Notes under the pieces: generated by a model
Told to the model about the DNA's origin: nothing
What the model saw: the letters and a program-made list of their open reading frames with translations, nothing else
The model's database searches: none
Made by a program: the position numbers and the translations under genes
Assembly: GCA_965235115.1 (NCBI GenBank)
Contig: OZ249442.1
Span: forward strand, 18,786,001-18,850,000
Reading direction: 5' to 3'
Length of the DNA: 64,000 nt
From: Laetmonice hystrix
Taxonomy: Eukaryota
In this document: in pieces, positions 1 through 11,554 of the stretch
How the letters are laid out: every line of letters begins with the position of its first letter
Position numbering within the stretch: position 1 is the first letter of the stretch

Positions 1-1625
1 GTGATCCCCCTGACATAACAACAGTCACAACCACATTATGGATACTTATTTCATAGAGGACAATCACCCTTTCCTTTAATCAGGATACTTACACCATATG
101 ATCTGAATTAGGACATTCACCTTGAACCGTCTTGATCTGTAATGTCCAGAAGACTCGGTATTATTTACATGTTGCCTGGATACCGGGATTTTCAACAACC
201 ATTACCATTAATAACATTGGTTAACCTAGTCAGGGTTACCGTGAAAAGCTTAGATGAATATACTGTCATCGTCATGTCATGGTCTCTGTAAGGCCAACCT
301 GCTACATATCATCTGAGGAATTACTTAACTACTAACAGAGTGGTTGATGAAGATGTTCAGTAAACCGAACAAACATTTGATAATAGTTAATTACCTCAAT
401 GGTTTAAATTGTTGCAGTCATGCAGTTGGCAGAGATACTAGCGTTTAGAAACACAGCCACATTTTACAGAGATCTGTAATGGAGATTGCCCGCCAACATC
501 TCGAGTTGTCGCAGTGTGGCCAGTAGGTGTCACTGCAGTATGCCCGTCCCACCTGCTGTGAAGGACAAAGAATCTTATGGCTGGCTGGCTGATCTCCACT
601 GGCCGTGGGAGGAGGGTATTTCTCACTGTCCGGTTCCTACCTACCACTCGGGTACTGTGTAATGGACAGACGACTGATTCTTGTCATTTCCTATACACAA
701 AGCTGCAGCCGTCAGATCACTAATTACAGAACAATGGATCATTTAGCCAGTGAGAAAAAGAAGGAAATCCTTGACCCAAACTACTTCCATGACTGAATAT
801 ATTTGAAAGGATTGAATCATATGGAAAAGCCACCTTTTCTGACCCTAGTGGTGTACATGAATATGGTTGACTGTTAACTGTTGGTATCACAGTTCTTTCA
901 GGTGGAGGACAACCTTGACTGAAGGTTCTCAGTATGGTGATAAGAGTCGTAGGTACTACGGCCGATGTTGTATCTATATGTTTCAGAATTCTGGTGGATT
1001 TAAGGTGGCTTAACATTGATACATCTGGGGTTGAAGCTAAGTGTTGAAGGCGCACATTCTAAATATAATGTAGATTTCTTAATTCACCAGGTAAAAGCTC
1101 TGATTAAGACTGCATTTAAAGTTCCATTTCCCATGTGTTTGTAAAATTGGTTCACTGTGGGAATATACGTTAGATGGGATTAAGAGTAGGAAGGTGTCTA
1201 GGGAAGGTGAGGGACACTGACAGATAGACTGTACTGTTGGCCGGGTGGCAAGGGACTGAGATCGGAACGCTTCCACCATGCTGCATGGAATAGCTACGGA
1301 AGTTAACTTCTTGAGTTCCGTCAGCCCATTTGCCAAGCTTGTAGACAAAAGTCTCCAGCTGTCGACCACATTGGAAATCGCTGAATCCCCGAGGACTGCC
1401 CTTTTCTACACGGTATGTTGCAAGAAATTGGTTCAGGAAATGTATCATCTTTCAATTCATGGGCAAATGAAGGAGCACCACAGTTCTGGCAGCCCTTAAA
1501 TTCTGACATAATAAATGGGCCGTTATCGATGACGAAAATGCAGAAAAACTTCTGAATAATCATGACTACCGGTAAGGTGGATGAAACTACTGATCAGGTG
1601 AACGTCCTCTCAGTAACCGGTTCAG

Positions 1626-1639
1626 GCACTAGGTGGCGT
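1626..1639 (+). promoter_or_regulatory. CTCF-like binding motif
   Basis: GCACTAGGTGGCGT; 12/14 match to the CTCF core consensus CCRSYAGRKGGCRS, mismatched only at the outer positions. Confidence 0.4.
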
Positions 1640-3480
1640 TGTTACTTGTTTTGTGCTTGCACGCACAGAGATACGACGTTACAGACCTTGTTCTTTTCTT
1701 TTTAATGTTGGACTGATTAAAAAAATACAAAATACTTAGTGTCTCATTTATTAGTTGACTTTACAAAGAGGTGCAAGTTAAAAACAGGACGACCTCAATA
1801 TCGTGACGTGGGCACTTTTAAAAGAATGGGGACAAATGAGACGATTAACCTAATATTGTGGCCATAATATACAGGCTATTGTAACTGTTTGTAATTATCT
1901 CTCTCTCTTTACTTTTTGTGATGTCTTCGAGGAGATAAGATTTCCGAAAGGTGGATAGAATATGAAGGTTATCATCGATGGGATATGAAGATCCCGTTTA
2001 ATTACTAACAGTTTACAGCTGGATATCTTTGACATCAATCACTTTCACTTTCATTAGTATGTTCATTGTGTGTCTGTTATTCCCCTGCCACCGTTATCCG
2101 TTTATCGGAAAGTTACCCTGACTGAACTTATATTGAAACAATGAGTTTGAACAGTTTAATTCCATGTTTCACAGCACAAAAAGGTCGTGCGTCTCGAACA
2201 GTTCGTTCAATACCAGTTGTTACGTAATTTTCGCTTTTGTATTTTAACTTAAAAATATAGTATATATTGGCCAGATTGATCAGATCCCCCCGCCTAAACT
2301 GTGAGTGACCAGATTAGCAGGAAAATATGTTGAAGACAGCAATGAAAAGTTGAAGAAAAACATCTGGTCTATGAGATCAAAGGAAATCGTTTAGTTGAAG
2401 ACAATTGTTCATGCAAGGAAATATGATAGAGCCGTAATGAAATATAATGGGTGGGGACACAATCAGTCATGGCAATCAATTAAACAACACAACAAACACA
2501 CAGAGATACTTAAGTACATGCAATAAACCAAGAACAAAGTGGCTCTAAGACAGAATGTATGTAACACTGGATGAAAATAAATGTCTTCATTTCAAAGAAC
2601 GGATGATTAGACACAGAGGAACTGTAGAGCTGTTTTTTAAAGTTCCTTTACCATTTGTGTGCCACGCATTTGACAAAAGTAACCTGACCTGGCATGACTA
2701 AGGACTAATGCAATTTTCTTTGACTCATCAAAAGTATTAATGAAAATTGACTGAGAACTTTGTTTGCGATACTTTCCCACCGAAGCCGTATAATGGCAGT
2801 GGTTATGTGCGTAAGAGAATAATTAAGCCAATTAAGGTAAACCTCGGGTTCTGTACGGTGTAAAAAGATATCAATGGGAACTTTATGGAACCTGACTATA
2901 CCTCAGTAAACATACAGCGGGTCGGTTTTATGTGTCCCTATATTATATATATGCCATCGGGCAATGTCTCAGAATGTTTGAACACTGAGGTTAACTGGTC
3001 CGAAATAACGTCGTTGAATAAGTAACTGTTCAGGAAATAACCGTACCGTTTTCTATGCTGTATTTGTGGAGAAGAGTATCAGCGTCAATGCCTTGGTGTT
3101 TACTTTGGGGAGTAAAGCACTTCGCCCATATCCCAAACAAAGGTTAAAAGAATGTGTTTGTATGAAATAAACTGCGAACCTTTCTTTAAACACCAAGTCA
3201 AATAGGCTGACACGTGTACACATCCTGAGACGTCTCCTGGTACGGTTATATCGGTTTATGAATCAAGTACGACAAAATTTAACGTTGTCTGAGTTTATTA
3301 GTACGCCGTATATGTCTATTGTTGTCTATTGTTATATTTACTGTAACATTTCAAAACTTATTTTTACTGGACTTGAAGTTCGGAACAGTTTACAGCAATG
3401 TGTATCCGTCCTTGGTGTCATTGGTCAGGGGGCCTGGGTGGTTAACCACCATAGCAGGGTATAACTATATAGGCAGGGCA

Positions 3481-4050
3481 CTTCATGGTATGGTATAAAT
3501 GAAGCAGTTTCCTTTTGGTAAGGAAATGTTGATATTGCCATACTTCATGGTATGGTATAAATGAAACAGTTTCCTTTTGGTAAGGAAATGTTGATATTGA
3601 CATACTTCATGGTATGGTATAAATGAAACAGTTTCCTTTTGGTAAGGAAATGTTGATATTAACATACTTCATAGTATGGTATAAATGAAGTACATGTAGT
3701 TGCCTTTTGGTAAGGAAATGTTGATATTAACATACTTCATAGTATGGTATAAATGAAGTACATGTAGTTGCCTTTTGGTAAGGAAATGTTGATATTGACA
3801 TACTTCATGGTATGGTATAAATGAAGCAGTTTCATTTTGGTAAGGAAATGTTGATATTGACAAACTTCATGGTATGGTATAAATGAAGCAGTTTCCTTTT
3901 GGTAAGGAAATGTTGATATTGACAAACTTCATGGTATGGTATAAATGAAGCAGTTGCCTTTTGGTAAGGAAATGTTGATATTGACATACTTCATGGTATG
4001 GTATAAATGAAGCAGTTGCCTTTTGGTAAGGAAATGTTGATATTGACATA
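3481..4050. repeat. 62-bp minisatellite, 9 copies (two 68-bp variants)
   Basis: Unit CTTCATGGTATGGTATAAATGAAGCAGTTTCCTTTTGGTAAGGAAATGTTGATATTGACATA. Seven 62-bp and two 68-bp units sum to 570 bp, which fits the span. Confidence 0.97.
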
Positions 4051-5885
4051 CTTTATGAAAATAAGTGGTGAAACTCGAATAGAAATGGCAGTGAAGTAAC
4101 TCTGGTACATTAATTATTTATGAAGGATGACCAACCTATATGTGACTGGGTGACATACCCCTCACCCTACTTTTTGTAGCCTTAAATCGGTAGATAAAGC
4201 ATGGGTGCAACACAACTGTACAAGACTGGCTACCAAATTTGGAATATGATGTGACAGATAATCTTGTGAAGGGACGGACACGGATTTGGATGAAGGCAAA
4301 CACTGCGACAAATGATTCTGAGTTGGGCCTTCTCTGACTTGGAAGGGCACAAGGTGCGGTGGCCGGTGGAAAAGTATTTGACTCCGTTCTAGAAAAAAGT
4401 TCTTCAAAGCACCACTTCCTAGAAACACGTTAAAGTACGTTTGAAATTCATTCGAGTACATACAAATTGCCCCCATAAAAGGAAAGCAACATATGAGTCG
4501 TTTTTGGTGTTATTAAAGTTATGGTTGTGAGGTTATACGGTGCGTAACAACTGCTGGCGGCAGCTGTCTGTGAACGGAGCTTACGTAAGTAGTAGAGTTA
4601 ACTGGCGGTTTGTATCAGGTCATAAGTGTAACCTTGTGGAACCCATCTGTTGTTATGAGATGTAGGTCCTGGCACTGTGACGTCACGATCAGCGTCTAGT
4701 AAGTATTCTAGACTATTATATTCATCCAGACTGGAGGCAGTATTTGTATGGTACATACGATGTACGTTTCATGTAATTTTCAACACTAACTGATTCTGAG
4801 TAAACGGTGAAGACTGTCGGTCTGACATAATGTGAACAACCCCACGCACCCACTTCCGATAACCTAGCCGTTAGCAGCAATAGCTCTAATTAAAGTGTCA
4901 AAATAAATTACTATTCAAAATAGACAAAGTCGTGGTCGGGGGGAAAGCCAGGATTTCGTCAAGAAGGGGGATGTACCCAAAACGTTTGGTGCATCCACCA
5001 TGGATAAGTAGAAACAAATAAGGGTGCGCCAATACAAGTAACAAAACTTGAAGAAGTGCGCTGTGGTGAGGGTATGTTTTGAGTTGGGTTACGGTAGGTG
5101 TGGCTATTAGTGTGGGGGCGTTGAAATTATACCCAACCTCAGGTGAATGTTATTGAAGCTTATCATGATCTCAGGACTCTTCCTTAGCACCGGGCACTAT
5201 ATTAACATATAAGGTGGTCCATCACAACCCGTATAATTTCATATGAAGTGTGAAGGATTTTCATAATCCATTGTACGTGGAGGTCTTTCGCACAACGTTC
5301 CCTCAGGGCAATGATAGGGCCTTAGGTATGTACCGTCTACCATACTAGATACGGTCAGGGCTATGGCAGCTTGCCGTCAGTTTCCTGTACATAGCTATAG
5401 ACCACCCTGAATGTAGGGATCAGTGGAGGGTTTGGCCTGTGAGACGTGACCATAGTGGCCAGATGTACCCAGTTGTGGGACAGCCATTCCACTAGTAGTC
5501 GTAGTAGTGCTGGTAGTAGTTAGAGTAGGTGACCTGGCATTCAACGAGCCTCGCCAAGCAGTCAATGGATGGTTCGCTGCCATGGCCCCCAACTCCCACC
5601 GTGTCTGACACACTCACTATTTTTACAACACAAAATATTCGTCGGCCGATTCCCAGACAACTAAAACCGCACGAATTTAATGAGTTAACAGTAGCTTGGC
5701 GCCCAGAGTGGGAAAAGCGACGTGCCTAGCATAATACCTGTCCCATGATCGGCGCTTTGTTTGATTTGGCTGTCATACACAAACCGGACAGAATATCGAC
5801 TCCTGTGGAATATAGTTGCGGTGAGAGGCCTGCTGTTGTAGGAGGTACAGTTGCATGAAAGCGGAGAGTGAATGGGTAAAGGTGG

Positions 5886-6235
5886 GGCGAGGGGAGTGAA
5901 TGAGGGGCCAGACCGCCTAGCTCGTCTCCCAGACACAACACTGTAGGTCACTGGGCCAGCACACAACCCACCCAAACCCAGTTTGTCACCACACTGGGCC
6001 ACACCTACTGATAGGTCAGCCTGTGTTTGTCGTCACCTGATTGGAGAACCTTTCACACAGTGGCGAGGGGAGGGAAGGAGGGGCCAGACCGCCTAGCTCG
6101 TCTCCCAGACACAACACTGTAGGTCACTGGGCCAGCACACAACCCACCCAAACCCAGTTTGTCACCACACTGGGCCACACCTACTGATAGATCAGCATGT
6201 GTTTGTCGTGATTGGAGAACCTTTCACACAGTGGC
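5886..6235. repeat. 176-bp tandem duplication (2 copies)
   Basis: GAGGGGCCAGACCGCCTAGCTCGTCTCCCAGACAC...CTTTCACACAGTGGC begins at 5902 and again at 6078; near-identical apart from a few substitutions and a small indel. Confidence 0.95.
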
Positions 6236-6671
6236 CCCACATGAGTACATTCCATGGTATTGGGGACTTACGAGGTATGGCATTAATCTCGGTAACGTTA
6301 AATTATAATTCTTTTTTGTTTGTTGGGGGGGGGGGGGGGGGGGGGTTGAAAGAAATGATAGTTGAAAATCTTGAAATACCAGGTATATTGCTATTTCAGC
6401 TGAGCAGGGAAATTAATGGCAAAACATTTGAAATACATAATTATTATAGAGGAGCAGAGCAGAACTGCATGGTAACCATTATCCATGGTGAAAAAACTAG
6501 CAGCTCATGTAAGAACTTCCTGGCCAGTTGGAAGACAGCTTAACGGGATGAGCCTGCGGTTGTGTAAAGGTTCAGGTGCCTGTTACGATATTTATCAATT
6601 GGTGTGGAACACCTCTTCCTACCATTATCCTTGATAAAGATCACTGTACATTACCATACGACCACCCCGTA

Positions 6672-6810
6672 ACCCCAAACTTCTCCCGGCACCTGAGCCC
6701 GGACCACGAGCCGAGGCCTGCACCATGGAGCTGACTGCTCGAATACCAAGTACTGGGCCAATGGAAGTCGTCTTCTATCCATGCTTACCACAAATATATC
6801 TCCAGCAGGT
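6672..6810 (+). pseudogene. Possible decayed DIRS/Ngaro-type tyrosine recombinase C-terminus
   Basis: One frame reads NFSRH...*LLEYQVLGQWKSSSIHAYHKYIS, resembling the FSGHSFR...IQxLGRWxSxAYxxYI tail of retrotransposon YR domains. It has an in-frame stop and no other element ORF nearby. Confidence 0.25.
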
Positions 6811-9174
6811 CCTTCATACATATAGATCCAACCCTCTACTGTACTGTACAGCGAAGGGAAAGCGACAACAACAAATGGCGGGAAAGCGCGGCGTTCCACA
6901 CAGTGGAGCAGACGACACCTGTTGGAACGCCTGACGTTCTCATGATACGGACGGCTGATTCCGACCTGATGACGCTCTAATGAAAATACGACGGCATTGA
7001 CAGGCCAGACCATGAAAGAAGCAGTCAGATGTGAAACACAATAACACATCTCTCTGACCTTTATTATAGTTTCTATTTTTTTAACATGAGAGAGAAAGCG
7101 GAAGTGTGTTGTTTAGTTTTTAATATTGAGGGGGATGCGCACAGTGCTGTAACAGATAGGCCGAACTGTTCAAGTGATCTTTACCTAAAACCAGTAGCAC
7201 TCATGTCTGGTAAAATCAGTTCAGCAAGTTAAATTTTAGTTAGGAACTGGAGACAATAATTCATAGTGTGATAACATTCTCCATACAAAGCTATTGGGAA
7301 GGAAGCAGTGAATGTGATGAACACCTTGAAGAACTATTGCTAGCTCTTTCTGCCCTCTAGTCTGGTATTCTGAAAATGTTCGGGCACTAACCCGAATTTA
7401 CTTTCAAGATTACGGAGGGCATACCCGGCCCATTTTGTGTACTTGATGTGAAGTAACATGTAACTTCGAGTCACTTCTTAAGGTCTCGGCTTAAAGTTTG
7501 TTCCAGAGTGTACTGAGGGAACCTTTCTGAGACAACCCATGTATTAAAAATGAGTTGCCATTCACGGAATTCCGGATGTCGTTTTGTATTTTAAATTTAA
7601 GGGTATCGGGTCTAAGCTTCCCGAAAATGGTACATCACCAGACACTTCCTGTGTCCGTCTAACATTAGTCGTGCAATTTTATCCTTGAATTCGAGGTGAA
7701 TAATTACGAGTGAATATTTGCAAGCGTGTGCCAGTGAAGATGACATTAATTTGGGGTAAGTGTTAGGTAGGTATGCAGTTGGTGGGTCTCGTTACTACAC
7801 GGACTATGACGGACCAGATAACACCCTGCGACGCCAAGGTGTGCACTCGTCCTCACGTGTCACAGTCAGCATCAGCAGCAATTCACTGTGAATTAATACT
7901 TCTAGGCTCATTTGAAACCGGACATCTTTATCATAATCATGTTGAATAAAGGTCCCTGACAACATAAAGTGAATGCTGCCATGACCTTGACCAGTTAAGG
8001 CGAAGTTTAAGATCATGTTTAAGTTGGCATTAGATTGGTACACTTATTTCAATTCGGCCCCGTTATTAAGTTGACCTTTCCCTTTGTGCTGGTACTGAGC
8101 ACCTTTTGGCGAATTTGGATCATGTGGGAGGTAAACTGTGATCTATTTCCTACAAACACTACTTCCCAAACATGAGATCTCTTGTGCTTATGGGATTAGC
8201 TTTTGACATTAAATAATAAACTTGAGTAAAATCAACTTTGGGGGGGGGGGGGGGGGGGGGTGAAATAATGTTTATAGGTAGGCGGGCATATACTATAACT
8301 TAGTATAAGTTAAGTTCATTTGTCCCTTTCTTGTTGCTGTCCTGTATTTCAAGTCCACTAAGGTTTCAGTGACCGCGATGGGGGCCCTTGAAAACAGAGG
8401 GCCATAAACATATCATAATTCAAGTATAATGTAATTTTAGAATTTAATTAGTGAGTTTAATCAATTTGATATTCTGAAAAAATGATAAGCTGGTTCAAAC
8501 TTGAGCGGAACTCATTTCAGTAAAGTTAACAAATTGCATTTTTTTTCGTGCAATATGGTAGAAAGTATTATTGTTGGAAAGCAACTTTATTAATTTTATT
8601 AATTTTAATTATTTAATTAACTTTTTTAGTAATTAATTCCACGTGCTTCAAAAAAAGGTTATGACCTTATTTGAAGACCTACTAGTAAAGACATTTTGAT
8701 ATTGAACTATGTAAAGTTGCTTAGGCACAAATCTTTATTAGTTTCCTTTTAAATATGATTTTAACGCTGTAAGCATGCGGTGACCTTCGGTAACCGTTAG
8801 CCAATCAGGGGGAATGTTTTTTGGCAAAATGAAAGACTCATAATAAAGGTGCAAGCTTTCTAACCCGAATCTTACACACAATATCGGATCAAGTTACCAA
8901 ATGGCAGAAACGTGATCAAGGAGCCGAGAAAAGATGTTCATTCTATTGCTTCTTGACGGAAATTATTTTATTTTTACCTTCATTATCAAGGCCGTAACTT
9001 GTCATGAGCGTCCTCAGCCTCCTTGTGGGTAATATCGGTTTGGCTTCAGATATCGCTTAAAAGTCGTGTTGATCGATGAATTGACACTGCGATACTTGCT
9101 CTTTCAGAACTTGTTATTAATAATTAATTAATAAATAATAATTAATTAATAATTAACAATGATAGTTGATGGTA

Positions 9175-9250
9175 GGTGGGTGGGTGGGTGGGTGGGTGGG
9201 TGGGTATGGTCAGTATTTTATCGGGTTCCTTCGGGGTCGGTGACCTGACC
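9175..9250. repeat. (GGGT)n microsatellite plus adjacent GC hairpin; HINE-like terminal module
   Basis: About 8 GGGT units (9175-9205), then about 15 bp, then CGGGTTCCTTCGGGGTCGGTGACC. A tetranucleotide microsatellite beside a hairpin is typical of Helentron non-autonomous ends. Confidence 0.4.
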
Positions 9251-11540
9251 AACCTTGAGACAAGCCTCTGCCTTAGGCTATTCATACTGACTTGCCCTAT
9301 CAGTTCGGCTCGCTCCTTCTGTAAGCTCCTTCCAGCTCGTCAACACATGCTCACACTCTGATTTACAATAATTGGCCATGTAATTAAGAACTTGTTTCGT
9401 AATGAGGAGCCAGAAAACCCCCCGTATTTATCCGTCACAATTTCTCTTTTTACCATGGATACAATCTACACTTATCTACCTCCTGTACACGTGGATCCAT
9501 TTAATATAGGCATGTCATTCATTCTCCACACACACAAAAAAACGTTTGTCTTTATTTTAAAAAGATGTCTTCAAGTGCTTTCTGATGCAACTGGTGGCTC
9601 AGGCAGGGAATTGATAACAATTCACCTCTGATTGTTAATTATTTTTAATTTGATTAATTACTAATGTCGTTTTTGTCCAGTGTACTTTGGATGCACACAA
9701 AAGACCACTTTCTTGGGGCCTCTCGTGAGTCTAAGAATTACGGGCAAATCCTAATGTAGCCAATCTATTACATTAGTCCAAATTACACTTGTAGTACAAG
9801 ACAAAAGCTAATTAGATTCTTAATGAAGTTTATGCATACAAACACCTGGTTACAGTGAATCCCAACTAACATTAAATGTTTTTTAAATCTTAAGTAATGC
9901 TTTAATTGGTTTCAGTGTATAATAATTTGATGGCAGTCTGTAAAGGCAGCATTTCTTTACTGTTACTTGTCCCCTTCAAGCATTCTTCCGCGAAGGTCCT
10001 TATGGACATTTGTGCTTCCAAATACAAGCTCATTACAGTAGTAAATTTTACATATGATGAACCATAGATTCAGGAAAGGATAATTACCTTTGAGAAATAT
10101 ACATATGTTGAGACAGTTTAATCCGTAGCCTTGATCTGACTAATCGACAGTGATGTTTATGAGACTTGTGTAAATTAATGAGACCGAGATATTTACAATT
10201 CATTTATTGAGTAACGGCCAAGGCAAAACGTTTACAAGAAGATTATACATTAATTTCTTGATGTACCGCTAAGTAAGGATGGGAAAGCGGGATCGTTCTG
10301 TCATTGTTCCTCGGTATACAGTGAGGCGACTCTCCGGATAACATCATCTGTATTGAAAATTAGGTTCATAACTATCACTGAAACAATGTGCTCCCTCCAT
10401 AAATCAAGGTGGATTTGACGTTTACCGCCAGGGGCCTAGCTGAGAGAAGATCACATGGAGAGTTGCTCGGTCGTCATCTGTCAGCTCTCTATCAAAGTGA
10501 TCTACCACTGTGGTCCATCTACCTTGTCTTAGCGTTTGGTAGTCTAAGCTTAATTTACACCTAGGAGAATCCCCGCTACCTCCGGCCACGGTGACTGTCA
10601 CCTCTGTCTGAAGGGTTCAGTTTACGACAATCCTGGGGGCGTTCCCTGTGGTAACAATTCACTGAATTGTGAAAAAGAAACATCATGTGTACTCAAAGTC
10701 CCCCAAAGTCCAAAACCTAATCGTAACGCCGGCCCCTAGACCTTCTAAAAATACCCCCCCCCCCCACTATTTCGTGGGAAAGTTAGCATAGGTTATATTA
10801 TGTTGTTTTCCGGGTTGTCCTTATGGTGACGTGGGTTACACCGCAGGAGTGGCCCGAGGACAGAACGAAAAACATCTAATAAGTGATGAAAGCACCTCCT
10901 TACAGTTATTGCTCGTCAATTTATGCGTGCTATTTTTTGGGAATCCGGTGTGCAATGCTTACAAAGGGTAGGTTCCTCTTCAGCCGCTCCTTTCAGAAAA
11001 CCAGATTGTGGGATTGTGACATTAATAATTATGACCATAATATCGGTAATTTAGGAAGTGACAGGAGTGTCTTTATAATTATATACCTTGCATTTGACCT
11101 CCATTCTCTTCTGACATTCAAAGTGTAGTCTCAATTTGATACAATCAATAAATTGGTTGATGTACAAACATTTTCTTTATGTATCGGGAAGGGTTTATTT
11201 GTTGATGGTTAGAGGGAAGGTATGAGTCAGAATTTCCACCAGCTGTGACCCTATCAAATAATCAAGAAGGGATGTTAGAATATTTGTATTCTCAAATATA
11301 GGTACCCACAGGTTTTAATACGACCTCGTGCACGGAACCTAACGTGCAATAAAGGATTGGTGTTAGCTGCAACTGATGTAGCTTGTCTCGTTTAGACCCT
11401 ACTCATCGCACATCTCAACCCTCCACTACCCACCATTTTGTACCAAAATAGTAGCCATCGGCGATTAACCATGCTGTGTTATTCTCTAATTGCAGTTGGA
11501 CATCCTCTTCAAGTCCGAAGCCAACTGAAGGCAACCGGTG

Positions 11541-11554
11541 CTGCCCTCTGGCAG
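11541..11554 (-). promoter_or_regulatory. CTCF-like binding motif
   Basis: Minus strand reads CTGCCAGAGGGCAG followed by CACC; 13/14 match to the core consensus. Confidence 0.45.

Noticed and set aside
720-1563. Overlapping minus-strand ORFs as one gene
   Set aside because: They lie in three different frames with stops between them, have no linking splice sites and match no family I recognise.
3483-4049. MSISTFPYQK.. ORFs
   Set aside because: Products of the 62-bp minisatellite.
5395-5613. Tyr-rich peptide (TYSNYYQHYYDY*) as a terminal exon, for example of TRNAU1AP
   Set aside because: Derived from a low-complexity (TAG/TAC)n patch; flanking residues do not match.
6966-6985. Hammerhead ribozyme core CTGATGA...GAAA
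   Set aside because: The intervening CGCTCTAAT cannot form stem II. Other CTGATGA sites checked (31741 minus, 63441) also lack a valid core.
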